Shown in pieces: positions 9,537 to 19,053 of a DNA stretch of 29,709 nt. The notes beneath the pieces are model-generated. The model did not search any database. It was not told the DNA's origin and was given only the letters and a program-made list of their open reading frames with translations. This DNA comes from Candidatus Bathyarchaeota archaeon (GTDB taxonomy: Archaea; Thermoproteota; Bathyarchaeia; TCS64), in contig CAVYVF010000017.1 of assembly GCA_963771885.1 (NCBI GenBank), positions 1-29,709 of the forward strand, read 5' to 3'. Position numbers and translations under genes: made by a program. Within the stretch, counting starts at the first letter, position 1, and the number at the start of each line of letters is the position of its first letter.

Positions 9537-9827
9537 ATGCCTCCTCGTCGAACACCCTCAATGATAGCACTGGAGATTCTAGATTGTGTTGAAGATAACA
9601 AGGAGGCTACTAAGTGGGATTTAATAAAGGTTCTTGGGAATGAAGCTCAATTTGGTGTATGGATTGAGAGGTTTTTCTTGGTTGATAAGATACTTGAAGA
9701 GCGTCGGGAGGGAAGGAACTATTTCTTTGGGAAAACGGAGCGTGGTGAACTCTTACATAAGCTTCTGAAAAGTGGATACATGATCCGCATCTTGGGAAGG
9801 GTGAGTGGAAAGAAACTTAGAGACTAA
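9537..9827 (+). CDS. archaeal winged helix-turn-helix protein
   Basis: RRTPSMIALEILD...ATKWDLIK...KTERGELL pattern typical of small archaeal wHTH regulators. Confidence 0.75.
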   Translation: MPPRRTPSMIALEILDCVEDNKEATKWDLIKVLGNEAQFGVWIERFFLVDKILEERREGRNYFFGKTERGELLHKLLKSGYMIRILGRVSGKKLRD

Positions 9828-10019
9828 AAAACCAATTATTGAAATTTGAAGATGCGTTAAAATTACATATTTAGCGTTTGCGATAACGCAAGCAACTCTT
9901 TTGGTTGCGCGCTTGTGCGTCATGTAATTTCTGTCTTCTATTCATGATAAAGTTAAATCCTTTGAGGATAAGCTTCATCAATTCCCGTAAAAACATCTTC
10001 CATGAGATGAAATAGATCA

Positions 10020-10596
10020 ATGAGCAGCTTAGATAAAGCTCGAGATACCCAACTAAAGAACATCCTGATCAAGACAGGCAAATCTATGGCCGAACTTACA
10101 GCTTTAATACAGCGCACCAGCCTCACCAAACACGGTGAAATTCGCGAGATGCTAATGCACGAGCTTAGCTTAGGTTATGGCGACGCCACAATGCTGATTC
10201 ACTTTGCCCTAAAATCTGATGGGCAAAGCGCTGCTGAGGCTAAGGAATCTTCAACTGAAAATGTGTTGGATGAAATCTACTCGGGTGCTAAGGCTGAATT
10301 GCGACCAATTCATGACCTTTTAATGGCGAAGATTAACCGATTTGGCGAGTTTGATGTTGTGCCGAAGAAGGGTTATGTCAGCCTGCGCCGAAAAAGACAG
10401 TTTGCTATGATCGGTCCTGCTACTAAGTCGCGGGTTGAGGTGGGGATTAACTCGAAAACGCTGCGTATCTACCGATCGGCTGGTGAGTATGCCTCCAGGG
10501 GGGATGTGCCAGTTTAAGGTTAATGTTAGTGATCCTTCGCAAGTAGATGATGAGCTGATCGCTTGGATCAGACAAGCTTTCGATGCTGCTGATTAA
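10020..10596 (+). CDS. DUF4287/DUF5655 domain protein, frameshift near 10460
   Basis: NILIKTGKS...KHGEIREML...L.YGDA and PKKGYVSLRRKRQFAMIGPATKSRVEVGIN; a shifted frame gives MPPGGMCQFKV...VDDELIAWIRQAFDAAD to stop 10594-10596. Confidence 0.85.
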
Positions 10597-10841
10597 CGCG
10601 CGCCTCACAGAACTCCATCGCTCACGAGACTCGGTTTGCACAGAGATTTATTGAGATGATCGAAAATGGATATGGATTGAAAGAGGCGTATATCTCAATC
10701 ATTTATGAAACAGAAACTGTAGCCCAAAGACAGTACAATTGATTGCCTAGGGCGCAATATCATGATAAAAAGAGGCTGTATCAAAGCGCGTGAGTAAAGA
10801 AATGGTAATGTTCGTAACCCAAACAAGGATAACTCCAATCC

Positions 10842-11243
10842 TTAACCACTCTTCCATAAACAAACCACATACAATAGAGAGAAAAAAATAGAGAATAATA
10901 GACCTAAAGAAACCTGTTGAAGACTCAACCTACCCAAGAATACCATTAAAACCCCAAAAAAACTCAACAAACCTCCCTCAAACAAGCCGAAGTAAACTGT
11001 CGTACTAACATAACTTACATTATTCCTCCTGCTAGCAAAGATACGCCAACCACCTAAAGCCAAGGTAGAGATGCCCCATCCTCCTGCTAGATACTGTACC
11101 TCAGGCATGTATTGAAAGTTCAACAGTTGGGCTAGATGTTCCGGTGTTACCAGTAGGCTTAATCCGAGAACTAGATCGCCCGTGCCGTTTAATAGAAGAG
11201 TTAATTGAGTGAGTCGGAGAATATCATCTTTCAAATCAGCCAT
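10842..11243 (-). CDS. four-TM hypothetical membrane protein
   Basis: Hydrophobic part of ORF 10842..11324; likely start is ATG 11243 (MADLKDD). Confidence 0.7.
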   Translation of the reverse strand: MADLKDDILRLTQLTLLLNGTGDLVLGLSLLVTPEHLAQLLNFQYMPEVQYLAGGWGISTLALGGWRIFASRRNNVSYVSTTVYFGLFEGGLLSFFGVLMVFLGRLSLQQVSLGLLFSIFFSLLYVVCLWKSG

Positions 11244-11289
11244 CCACGTACCTTTGGTTACTATCGGGTGGAAGTGAGGATAAGATTTT

Positions 11290-11460
11290 TGCCATTCTAC
11301 TTGGTGTAGCCCACCTAAGAACACGGATGATTATCTATAGTCTCGTGCTCGACGTCATCATAACCTCAAAACAGGGTGTGAGAGGCGTCGGAAAGGCGAT
11401 TCTATTACCTGAGGAGATGAAGTCGTTCAAAATTGGCGTTGCAGTGAGTATACGGCGAGG
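11290..11460 (+). pseudogene. possible GNAT acetyltransferase remnant
   Basis: Translation ..LLGVAHLRTRMIIYSLVLDVIITSKQGVRGVGKAIL resembles GNAT beta4/motif A (I.DV.V.P.YQG.GIGK); no intact N- or C-terminus. Confidence 0.35.
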
Positions 11461-11541
11461 TAGCGAGACAGACGCAAAAACTATTCTTTTCTCTTATGGT
11501 AAAGTTTATTCGACTATCTGTTCCATCTTTTTGGAACCTAC

Positions 11542-12282
11542 ATGGATTTCTGGAAGCTAATGGAGATACTCCACAAGTATCAGGATATAATGAATCCTGT
11601 CACAGATGAAAAACTCAACAAACTCATCGACTTACTAAACCTACAGAGAGGGAGCAGCGTTCTCGACATCGCGTGCGGAAAGGGGACACTTCTGGTGAAA
11701 CTCGTCGAGAAATATGGAGTCAGAGGCGTAGGAGTAGACAAGTCACCCTACTGCATAGACCACTGCAATGAGAAGAAGTCAGCCAGAGTCCCTAACGCTG
11801 ACTTAGTATTCCACCTTATGGATGGAGCCGATTTTAAACCTACCACCAAGTTCGACCTGAGCTGCTGTCTCGGCGGAAGCTGGGTCTACGGAGACCATCG
11901 AGGTACCCTTGAGGCGCTCTCTAGGATGACTAGACCAGGAGGCAATATCCTCGTCGGTGAACCCCACTTGCTCAAAGCGCCTAGCCCAGAGTACCTCGCA
12001 GCCGAGGGAATGACCCGCGACTCGTTTAGAAGCCACCGAGAGAACGTAGAGGTGGGCGAGGAGCTGGGACTCAAGTGTCTCTACACCGTAGATGGGGACC
12101 ACGACGGCTGGGATCAATACGAGACTCTACACTGGTGGGCGGTCGAAGACTATCTCAGGGATAACCCCGGGGATCCTGACAATCTCGAGATACTCGCCGC
12201 TGTTGAGAAGAGTAAGGTGACTTACCTCTGCTGGGGTCGCGACACCATGGGGTGGGGCATCTACTTGTTCAGAAAACCGTGA
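11542..12282 (+). CDS. class I SAM-dependent methyltransferase
   Basis: VLDIACGKG motif I, GVGVD, FDLSCCLG, TRPGGNILVGE. Confidence 0.92.
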   Translation: MDFWKLMEILHKYQDIMNPVTDEKLNKLIDLLNLQRGSSVLDIACGKGTLLVKLVEKYGVRGVGVDKSPYCIDHCNEKKSARVPNADLVFHLMDGADFKPTTKFDLSCCLGGSWVYGDHRGTLEALSRMTRPGGNILVGEPHLLKAPSPEYLAAEGMTRDSFRSHRENVEVGEELGLKCLYTVDGDHDGWDQYETLHWWAVEDYLRDNPGDPDNLEILAAVEKSKVTYLCWGRDTMGWGIYLFRKP

Positions 12283-12583
12283 TATTTGAAAATAACTCGA
12301 CTAAATAACCAACGTGGGATAATATCCCGACAAAGATGTTATCGCGCGTGCATAGTCATCAGTAATTTATCAGTTATCCATTCTTTCAATATTCATCTCG
12401 TTATTTACTCAGGTGGAAGTGAAGATAGGTTATTCGGATGCGAGCGCGCAGGTAAAGTGACTAAATGCGCGTGGTTAAAATTCATATAAATCTGATTTAA
12501 TGGAGAATGTACCAATCACGTGCGTGATGTATGCGCCTCTCATTTTAAATTATTCGTGTGGTTAATCTCCATGGTGACTCGTA

Positions 12584-12925
12584 ATGGAGCAAATACTTAA
12601 GGGAGAAAACAAACCGCTAATCATTACCATAGTGCTTTACATTTTGGTTGCACTCTATATATCATTCATGAATTTAAGGACCATGAGTATGGGTTTTCTA
12701 GGAATAATACTGGCTATCTCTGTCATGGCCCTGTTCCCAATGCTGATAGGGTTTTTCTCTAAGGACTTTAAACTCTCAGCCATCTACTCGGTTATGTGCG
12801 CCACAATTGTGTTTGTACTCGATGGTTCGTTCACTTTTGACTTGGATTTCTTGATTGGTTATGCTGTGCTTATTCTTTTCAGTGCACTCGGCGTCTTTAT
12901 TGCTAATAAATTAATAAATAGATAA
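12584..12925 (+). CDS. four-TM hypothetical membrane protein
   Basis: 113-aa, almost entirely hydrophobic ORF with ATG start. Confidence 0.7.
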   Translation: MEQILKGENKPLIITIVLYILVALYISFMNLRTMSMGFLGIILAISVMALFPMLIGFFSKDFKLSAIYSVMCATIVFVLDGSFTFDLDFLIGYAVLILFSALGVFIANKLINR

Positions 12926-13009
12926 CTCATGCGTTTATGTTGCTACGTCTAACTATGAGAGATCAGCAATTTCGTACTAGCTGTTTAGAAAATCCTCATA
13001 AAAGAAGAT

Positions 13010-13277
13010 CTACACCATCTCAGGGATCTCACCAAGACCTAATTTAACACAGCATCACATACTAGACACAAAACAAACAGCTGACACCAAAACTCACCAA
13101 CACAATCGCACGCATATATACGACTCCAGAGAAGCGAGAACTGTTGAGCAGGTGAAGGACCTCATAACTAAAGGCCTCGAATATGTCACTGAGATTGATG
13201 GTGTGAAGCTCTTTCGGAAACCTGACTCACTTTGGGTGGGGAGGGGTTCAATTGTAGGTGGGAGCGGTGAGAATTGA
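13010..13277 (+). pseudogene. decayed C-terminal remnant of a tyrosine recombinase/integrase
   Basis: Frame from 13119 reads YDSREARTVEQVKDLITKGLEYVTEIDGVKLFRKP, matching my recollection of the 'A.T.EEA..L.E.GFEYV....G.KLFRKR' tail of Bathyarchaeia integrases. Upstream 13031-13073 can be read with indels as TKDLI..Q.HILGHK (box II). It abuts the tRNA 3' end. Confidence 0.65.
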
Positions 13278-13333
13278 ACTCACGAGCTCGTACGCCCCAG
13301 GCACGAATCCTAACCAAGCTAGACCACGCTCCC
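13259..13333 (-). tRNA. tRNA-Pro (anticodon GGG), intronless, CCA not encoded
   Basis: Reverse complement GGGAGCG TG GTCTAGCTTGGTTAGGAT T CGTGC CTGGGGC GTACG AGCTC GTGAG TTCAATT CTCAC CGCTCCC A folds into a full cloverleaf; it is followed by CCT. Confidence 0.97.
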
Positions 13334-13415
13334 GTGCCTGAGCTTAGACGCGGCGCCTACTGTAAAAAGGTTACTCCAAACGCTGTTGCTAATAGCTAGG
13401 GGGAGACTGTTACGA

Positions 13416-14198
13416 TCATTCATTTTTAGTTAAGAAATCGGGATCTATTCCCAGAGATTTGCAGATTGATTTAAGCGAAGACGTTGAAAGTTCAGTCTTG
13501 TAAACTTTTAATACATTCATCAACTGGTCTCTGGATGGTAACTCAATTAGCTTCCCGATTACATTTGAAACTCCATTGTTGAGGTAGATGGATTGAACGA
13601 TGGTTGTAACGTTTCCAGGTTTCCGCTTTGTGCTAGCTGACTCGAAGTCGATGATCACTGGGTGACCCTTTGAGTATATTACATGTCTTCTGAGACGGAC
13701 TAGTTCGCCGTGGTCGAGGCCAATAGAATCCATTTTATAGGCGTCTAAGAGGAGTTTTCCTACCGCCTTTTTAAATTCGGGGATATCTGCCTCCGTCATT
13801 CCATTCACCCAGTCGCGGAGGTAAACCCCTTCGATGATTTCCATTATGAGGAATCTTTCGCCAACTGCTATGAGTCGAGGCCCTACACCCACGCTGTTTG
13901 CGAATCCCAAAAGCCTTGCTTCTTCACGAAAATTGACTCTATTCGCATCCACTCGAAGTATCTTCAATGCAACAATCTCACCTTGATAAACTGCTTTTAG
14001 AACGATACCTGTATGTCCCTTACCCAGAACTGAAAGTCCAGTAATTGTATGAGGCCCATCCGGGATCACCGCTTCAACACCAAAGTCCCTGAGCTCCTTT
14101 ACACGTCTACTTGCAGTCTCCAATGAATAATGGGGGTAACAGAAAACTTTAGCAACCCTGCTTCTTAAAACTCCCCTCAGTGTGATTGGCTTAATCAA
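13416..14198 (-). CDS. archaeal Ser/Thr protein kinase (RIO/Bud32-like, COG2112-type)
   Basis: VLGKGHTGIV, VALKI, MEIIEG, DHGEL, IIDFESAS; likely TTG start at 14198 overlapping the cca stop. Confidence 0.85.
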   Translation of the reverse strand: MIKPITLRGVLRSRVAKVFCYPHYSLETASRRVKELRDFGVEAVIPDGPHTITGLSVLGKGHTGIVLKAVYQGEIVALKILRVDANRVNFREEARLLGFANSVGVGPRLIAVGERFLIMEIIEGVYLRDWVNGMTEADIPEFKKAVGKLLLDAYKMDSIGLDHGELVRLRRHVIYSKGHPVIIDFESASTKRKPGNVTTIVQSIYLNNGVSNVIGKLIELPSRDQLMNVLKVYKTELSTSSLKSICKSLGIDPDFLTKNE

Positions 14199-15570
14199 GC
14201 CATGATGGCCTACCTGAAATGAAGCTGTGGAGATGATTCTTGAAATCTCCCTCAAGGTACTTCGCAATCTCACTTTTTGTTAATATGTTTGCTTTCCGAA
14301 TATTTTCGGAGAATTTCCGAGGTATACCTAACTCAGCGCCTCCATCACTAAAGGCGCGGCGAAGACATGATACTACTTTAGGTGTCTGCCTCTTCACAGC
14401 AACCCACCACCTGTCACCCTCCACCCCGGGTCCTGCGACTGTTGAAGGTGCACCAGTATAGAGTTTCTTGAAACGTTCACCATCCTCAGCCATATAAATC
14501 GGTGGCCCGACTTGTTTGACCACATCTGGTAGTCTCGCTGACTCAAGCTCTAGCACGATGATGTGTCTACACTTTTCATCGCTCCAAGCATCGGTCCGGA
14601 TCACCTGAAAGCCCTTCTCTCGGAGGTACCGTCCAAGACTTTTCTCTGTTTTCTTAAGCTGCCCCCAGAGAATATCCGGTACATCGGGGTTCGGATCCTC
14701 CATTACAAAGAACAGAGTATCTATTCCTCGTTTATTCAGAAGTGTAAGGACCTCTTCCTTGGGAGCTTCAATTGTTGGGGGAAAAAAGAACCTCTCGGAA
14801 GGCTTTTCGATGAATCGCTGAGCCGCTGCTACGAAATTCCACATTGATGTCTCTGTTACGGCAGAGGCAGCGTTACGGCTAAGATCGACTGGATCTACGA
14901 CGATAAGAGGATCACTAAACCTGCGCTTTTCCAAATTTTCTACTGGAACGTACACATTTCTCTTCCATCCTATAGATGCCTCGAGAACTCCTGGTGAAGG
15001 AACCATAAGCTAAAACTAGGAGTTCTGCAACATATCCAGAGAAACCGCCAACCTTTATCTCAGCGCCGTATACACCTACTCCTTTCAGGAACCGTTTTAG
15101 GAGCCTCACCTCATCATACTTCTCCGGTTTCAACCGATTTTTAAGGTACTCAGTGTGAAGGGGGGTTCGATCCGTTTGATGAGATGAGTTTTCCATCCTT
15201 AACCCTGAAGCAGGGAACGAAATCGATACTAATCCCGGATATCTTAGCCTTAATATATGGATGCTCAGCGTAAGCTTCCACCCAACCAGGGCCGGTGAAT
15301 GTCTTAACAAGCGTCGAGAACTTTAGGCAGGTTCTCTCTCCCTAAGGTAGGTGGGAGGACGATGAAAATATCAAGGTCATGTTCACCCCTCAGCCAGGTC
15401 TCGTGAACAACTGAGCCATGGGTTTCAACGGACGCTTCTACACCATTCTCCTTCAGATGAACAGATAACCGTCGGCACACAACCTCTCTGAGTGCCTTTA
15501 TCTCCGATTCCTCATCTGGTTCAGGCTTAATCCTCTCCAGAACCTTGCTTCTAATTTCTCCCCACTCCAT
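14191..15570 (-). CDS. cca: archaeal class I CCA-adding enzyme, frameshifted in the assembly
   Basis: [59 protein letters not shown] and [13 protein letters not shown] across ORFs 15304..15570, 14915..15310 and 14191..15006. Confidence 0.95.
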
Positions 15571-15616
15571 CTGTATCTACCTCGATAACGCTCTGAGAAT
15601 AAGGTGCAAGGGTTGG

Positions 15617-16177
15617 TTAAATGCTTCTAGATTCAGCTATGTTAGAGTAGATAGGGCCTCGACCCGTGAGGACACTTTTCTTAAGTCGAATGCTCTTAAC
15701 CTCTAACTCACCGAATCGGGCATCCTTTAATTCCTTCAGCACATCTCCAAGCGCCGAAATATTTCTAGAGCTACGAACTCTACAGAGAGTTAAGTGGGGT
15801 TGAAAACCTCTTCTCTCCGGCTCAAACCCCAAATCTTTAAGCAACCTTTCCAGCCTAGAGAAAACATAAAGAACCTCCGGTACTTCACCTGTGACTCCAG
15901 CCCAAATTACGCTCGGTCTAGCCGAAGACGGGAATACTCCAACACCTTCAAAAGAGAGTTTTATCGGCTTGAACTCTACACTCCTCACTGCATCCGCAAC
16001 GCGAGCCGTCTGAACCTCAGGTATCTCCCCGAGAAACCTCAAAGTGATATGGATATTTTCTCTCTCCACTGACTTAACATCCGCACCGGAGGATTCTATC
16101 GTTCTCTGAGCTTTGATGAGCGCATTCTTCACCACTTCATTGTCCAGATCAATTGCTACGAAGCATCTATCAGGCAT
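15617..16177 (-). CDS. thpR: RNA 2',3'-cyclic phosphodiesterase (2H phosphoesterase)
   Basis: RCFVAIDL, HITLRFLGE and FQPHLTLCRV (two HxT motifs), GPIY; ATG 16177 or TTG 16186. Confidence 0.95.
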   Translation of the reverse strand: MPDRCFVAIDLDNEVVKNALIKAQRTIESSGADVKSVERENIHITLRFLGEIPEVQTARVADAVRSVEFKPIKLSFEGVGVFPSSARPSVIWAGVTGEVPEVLYVFSRLERLLKDLGFEPERRGFQPHLTLCRVRSSRNISALGDVLKELKDARFGELEVKSIRLKKSVLTGRGPIYSNIAESRSI

Positions 16178-16316
16178 CCCGGTCAAAGAAAATATACGAT
16201 GATTACCCTAAATGTTAATCGCTGAAACTTTCAAAAAAATATTTTATCAGCTATCTCTGATGAATTCGATCCCAATCCCCCATGGTTTAAATGAATTGGA
16301 TCCTCTGAAAGGATGT

Positions 16317-16763
16317 ATGGAAACCCTTATTCTACTAATATCCTATCACCACGGAAACACACGTAAAATCATAGACGAAGTAGCAACTGTACTCGACGCT
16401 GAAGTGAAAGAACCCACTAACATCTCCCCAGAAGCTTTGAAAAACTATGATTTAGTTGGTTTCGCCTCAGGCATATACTACGATAAAATGGATAAGAGGA
16501 TAACTCGTTTTGTTGAAAACCTACCACCTGGAAATGGATCATGCTTCATCCTCACGACAAGCGGAGGAACCCATGAAAAGGCTCACAACGAGATGCGAAA
16601 ACTCATCGCCTCAAAAGGCTACAAAGTCAGATCAGAGTGGAATTGTAGAGCATTAGACACATTCGGTCCTCTAACACTAATTGGCGGAATCAACAAAGGA
16701 AAACCAGACCCTAACGATATTAGGAGTGCACGCTTATTCGCCGAGAAACTGAAAACAATCTAA
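16317..16763 (+). CDS. flavodoxin family protein
   Basis: SYHHGNTRKI, YDLVGFASGIY, DTFGPL.LIGGINKGKPD; start reassigned to ATG 16317. Confidence 0.9.
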   Translation: METLILLISYHHGNTRKIIDEVATVLDAEVKEPTNISPEALKNYDLVGFASGIYYDKMDKRITRFVENLPPGNGSCFILTTSGGTHEKAHNEMRKLIASKGYKVRSEWNCRALDTFGPLTLIGGINKGKPDPNDIRSARLFAEKLKTI

Positions 16764-17188
16764 ACGTAGAGTATCCAGTATATAGCAAAACCGTAGAAAA
16801 GCTCCAAAGCCCAATAAACAATCAAAGCCCGCATCCGCGTTTTATTCAGGAAGCACATGGGTGAAATCCCCTTGAAACCCCAATTAAGGAAAAGTCCAGC
16901 ACCTATCCCGAAGACAAGCAAACCAATGACTCCATGTAAAGCTAAAAAGGCCGTGAACCATGAGAACGAGATTCTGCCTGAAAAGAAAACAACTGATACA
17001 GGCACCATGACGAAAAGTACCGAGACAAAATGAAGAACCATCATCGTCAACATAAACCAAGCATGTTTAATCGGCTGTTTTTTATATGCAAATATGAAGC
17101 CTACTCCCAGACCCATAAAGACGAATATTTGAATGTAGAGGCTAAGCTGACTAGCAGCGATACCAGCAAACGTGAACTCTCCAACCAT
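16760..17188 (-). CDS. four-TM membrane protein with intramembrane His residues (DUF420/cytochrome b-like)
   Basis: KHAWFM...LHFVS...ALHGVIG within hydrophobic helices. Confidence 0.65.
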   Translation of the reverse strand: MVGEFTFAGIAASQLSLYIQIFVFMGLGVGFIFAYKKQPIKHAWFMLTMMVLHFVSVLFVMVPVSVVFFSGRISFSWFTAFLALHGVIGLLVFGIGAGLFLNWGFKGISPMCFLNKTRMRALIVYWALELFYGFAIYWILYV

Positions 17189-17212
17189 ATTATAAGCATT
17201 GGTCGATCCCGA

Positions 17213-17849
17213 TTAAGTCTTTTTCACTTCTTTTGGGAAGAAAGAATCCGAGTAACTTACGAACGCGGTGTTCCCAAATAACCCCATGAGGATCACACCC
17301 ATTACAGCCATCTCTATGAATGCTTTAACGAGTATCTGAACAGTGATAGCGTTCACAACAATAATTGGCATCGCGAATACCGCTGGATAAACAACCATGA
17401 ATATGAACACAGTGAAAACCGCTTCAGGTAGGTAGGATATGATTGTCGTCGCGATGAACCTCCATTTCTTTCCCCTATAACTGATTCGACTCATTATGAA
17501 TCCCGCAGCCAAACCCGTGAGCGCTTTACCGATGGGGATAGCAACTCCGCTGAGTATGTTGCCCTTGCTGAAACCAAATTCAAAGGATGAAACAAGTCCC
17601 CCGATAAGGCCGGTCATCCCTCCGATTACAGGGCCACCGAAGAGAGCAGCTACGAACGTTGCTAGGTGACTCAGATCGAAAGCTAGTGAAACTGAGACTG
17701 GGCCGAAGAGGAATATTCGGGGCAATCGGCGCTAATTGCAACGATATAAATGAAAGAACATTCCCCAGAGCAGCCATAACAGCAATGAAGGTTAGACTCT
17801 TAGATCTTTTTCCACCTGACAACACTATCTTAAGCGAACACCGTTTCAA
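17213..17849 (-). CDS. ECF transporter S component, one frameshift near 17720
   Basis: LTFIAVMAALGNVL + FDLSHLATFVAALFGGPVIGGMTGLIG. Confidence 0.85.
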
Positions 17850-17884
17850 CTCTTTTTAAGGTTGCTACCAATAAAAAATAACCT

Positions 17885-18325
17885 TTACCTTTGGCAGTCC
17901 ACAACAAGCTCGTTGAGAAGTCGCATTGCTTTCTCAGCATCTTCTTTCTTAATCAGCAAATGATCCCGAAGGTAAGTTGAAATCGGATATATGCTAACCC
18001 CATTCTCTGCAAGAACTGAAGAGACAACCGCCATAAACCCGATAATCCCCAGATCAAGAATGATGTCAAAAGTCAACACGTGATAAGGCCCTGCCTCAGA
18101 GAAGCGGGTAAACCCTCCCTTAACCCGACTCCACTCAGCCGTTTTACAGACTATCGAAACCTCATATTTATCGCATGTTACAGAGCAAAACGGGGTTAAT
18201 TTAGTATAAATTTCTCCAGATTTCTCAGCATCCTCAAGACCGAGACTAATAACAGTGTAATCCTCAGTATGCTCTCTTACCATTACTTTCGAGAAGAGAT
18301 TCCTCATGTCTCCACTTAAACGCAT
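17885..18325 (-). CDS. ACT domain protein (CASTOR/ACT_7-like)
   Basis: LGIIGFMAVVSSVLAENGVSIYPISTYLRDHLLIK. Confidence 0.9.
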   Translation of the reverse strand: MRLSGDMRNLFSKVMVREHTEDYTVISLGLEDAEKSGEIYTKLTPFCSVTCDKYEVSIVCKTAEWSRVKGGFTRFSEAGPYHVLTFDIILDLGIIGFMAVVSSVLAENGVSIYPISTYLRDHLLIKKEDAEKAMRLLNELVVDCQR

Positions 18326-18363
18326 AAATTAGAAACCGTCGAACACACTGATAACCCGTCTGG

Positions 18364-18957
18364 TCACTCCAACTCCTGAACGGTCTTACCTCGAGCACTC
18401 AACTCCACGATCTTCGCCTTTAGTTTAGGAGATCTCTGCTTCAAGCTCTTCAAAAAAGACTTCGGTTTAGCTGGAGAGATCATCACTACCTCCTTCCCGG
18501 TGACGAGAAGAACAATATTAGCCTCATCATTCGTATAATCGACGAACCTGAAGCTAGCTTTCCTAAGCTCAGCCGCCGTGTTCTTGGTGTAAAGCTCGGC
18601 ATCTTTACTGATCTCGCCCTTCTCCCTTATGTAAACTTCAACTCGTCCAATTCTCTTATATGGAATAGTGAGCGGACTGCGAAGAAACCTAGTTAGCTTT
18701 AAACCCCCATCGCTCAGCACGTAACTGCTCTGGTATACGGGAACCCAATTCGGTAGAAGCGTCGTTATTGCAAAAATAACTATGATTAGAAATGCGTCCG
18801 CTGCGAAATCAAATGACTTCCATGAGACCCCCTGCTGAAGTTTCTCATATGCAGAGTAGACGTTTAACGCAATTATTGGTATGTTGATGATCGGTATCGC
18901 GTACCCTAACAGCCTCCGTTTCTGGATCAGGGGCAGGGATTCAACGACTTCTGACAT
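18364..18957 (-). CDS. two-TM membrane protein with PH-like domain
   Basis: Two TM helices then SYVLSDGGLKL...TIPYKRI...VMISPAKPKSFLKSL (bacterial PH-like pattern); ATG 18957 or GTG 18978. Confidence 0.65.
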   Translation of the reverse strand: MSEVVESLPLIQKRRLLGYAIPIINIPIIALNVYSAYEKLQQGVSWKSFDFAADAFLIIVIFAITTLLPNWVPVYQSSYVLSDGGLKLTRFLRSPLTIPYKRIGRVEVYIREKGEISKDAELYTKNTAAELRKASFRFVDYTNDEANIVLLVTGKEVVMISPAKPKSFLKSLKQRSPKLKAKIVELSARGKTVQELE

Positions 18958-19053
18958 CTCCCCTGAATATACCTGCACCGCTTAAAAGCGTAAGGAATGC
19001 CGAACATTTATCCCATCGCGCATAGATAGCATGCAGCGGAAGCGATTGCTGAG

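Larger units (their letters stand above)
1..13258. mobile_element. putative degenerate genomic island/integration hotspot at the tRNA-Pro 3' end; left boundary is outside the window
   Basis: Integrase remnant abutting the tRNA 3' end; abrupt switch from tightly packed core genes to loosely spaced accessory genes with AT-rich spacers and gene fragments. Confidence 0.55.

Noticed and set aside
12286..12489. 67-aa ORF and GGGATA-A-TATCCC palindrome
   Set aside because: The ORF has no motif, and a single short palindrome is not enough to call a terminator or operator.
2848..12925. Canonical integron cassette array
   Set aside because: Genes are in mixed orientation with long spacers, no IntI is visible, and only one plausible attC-like site was found; other TAAC...GTT pairs (after 8324, 12282, 12925) lack L-box pairing.
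14191..15570. Split or programmed-frameshift cca
   Set aside because: Several scattered indels without slippery-site signatures, matching the window-wide error pattern.
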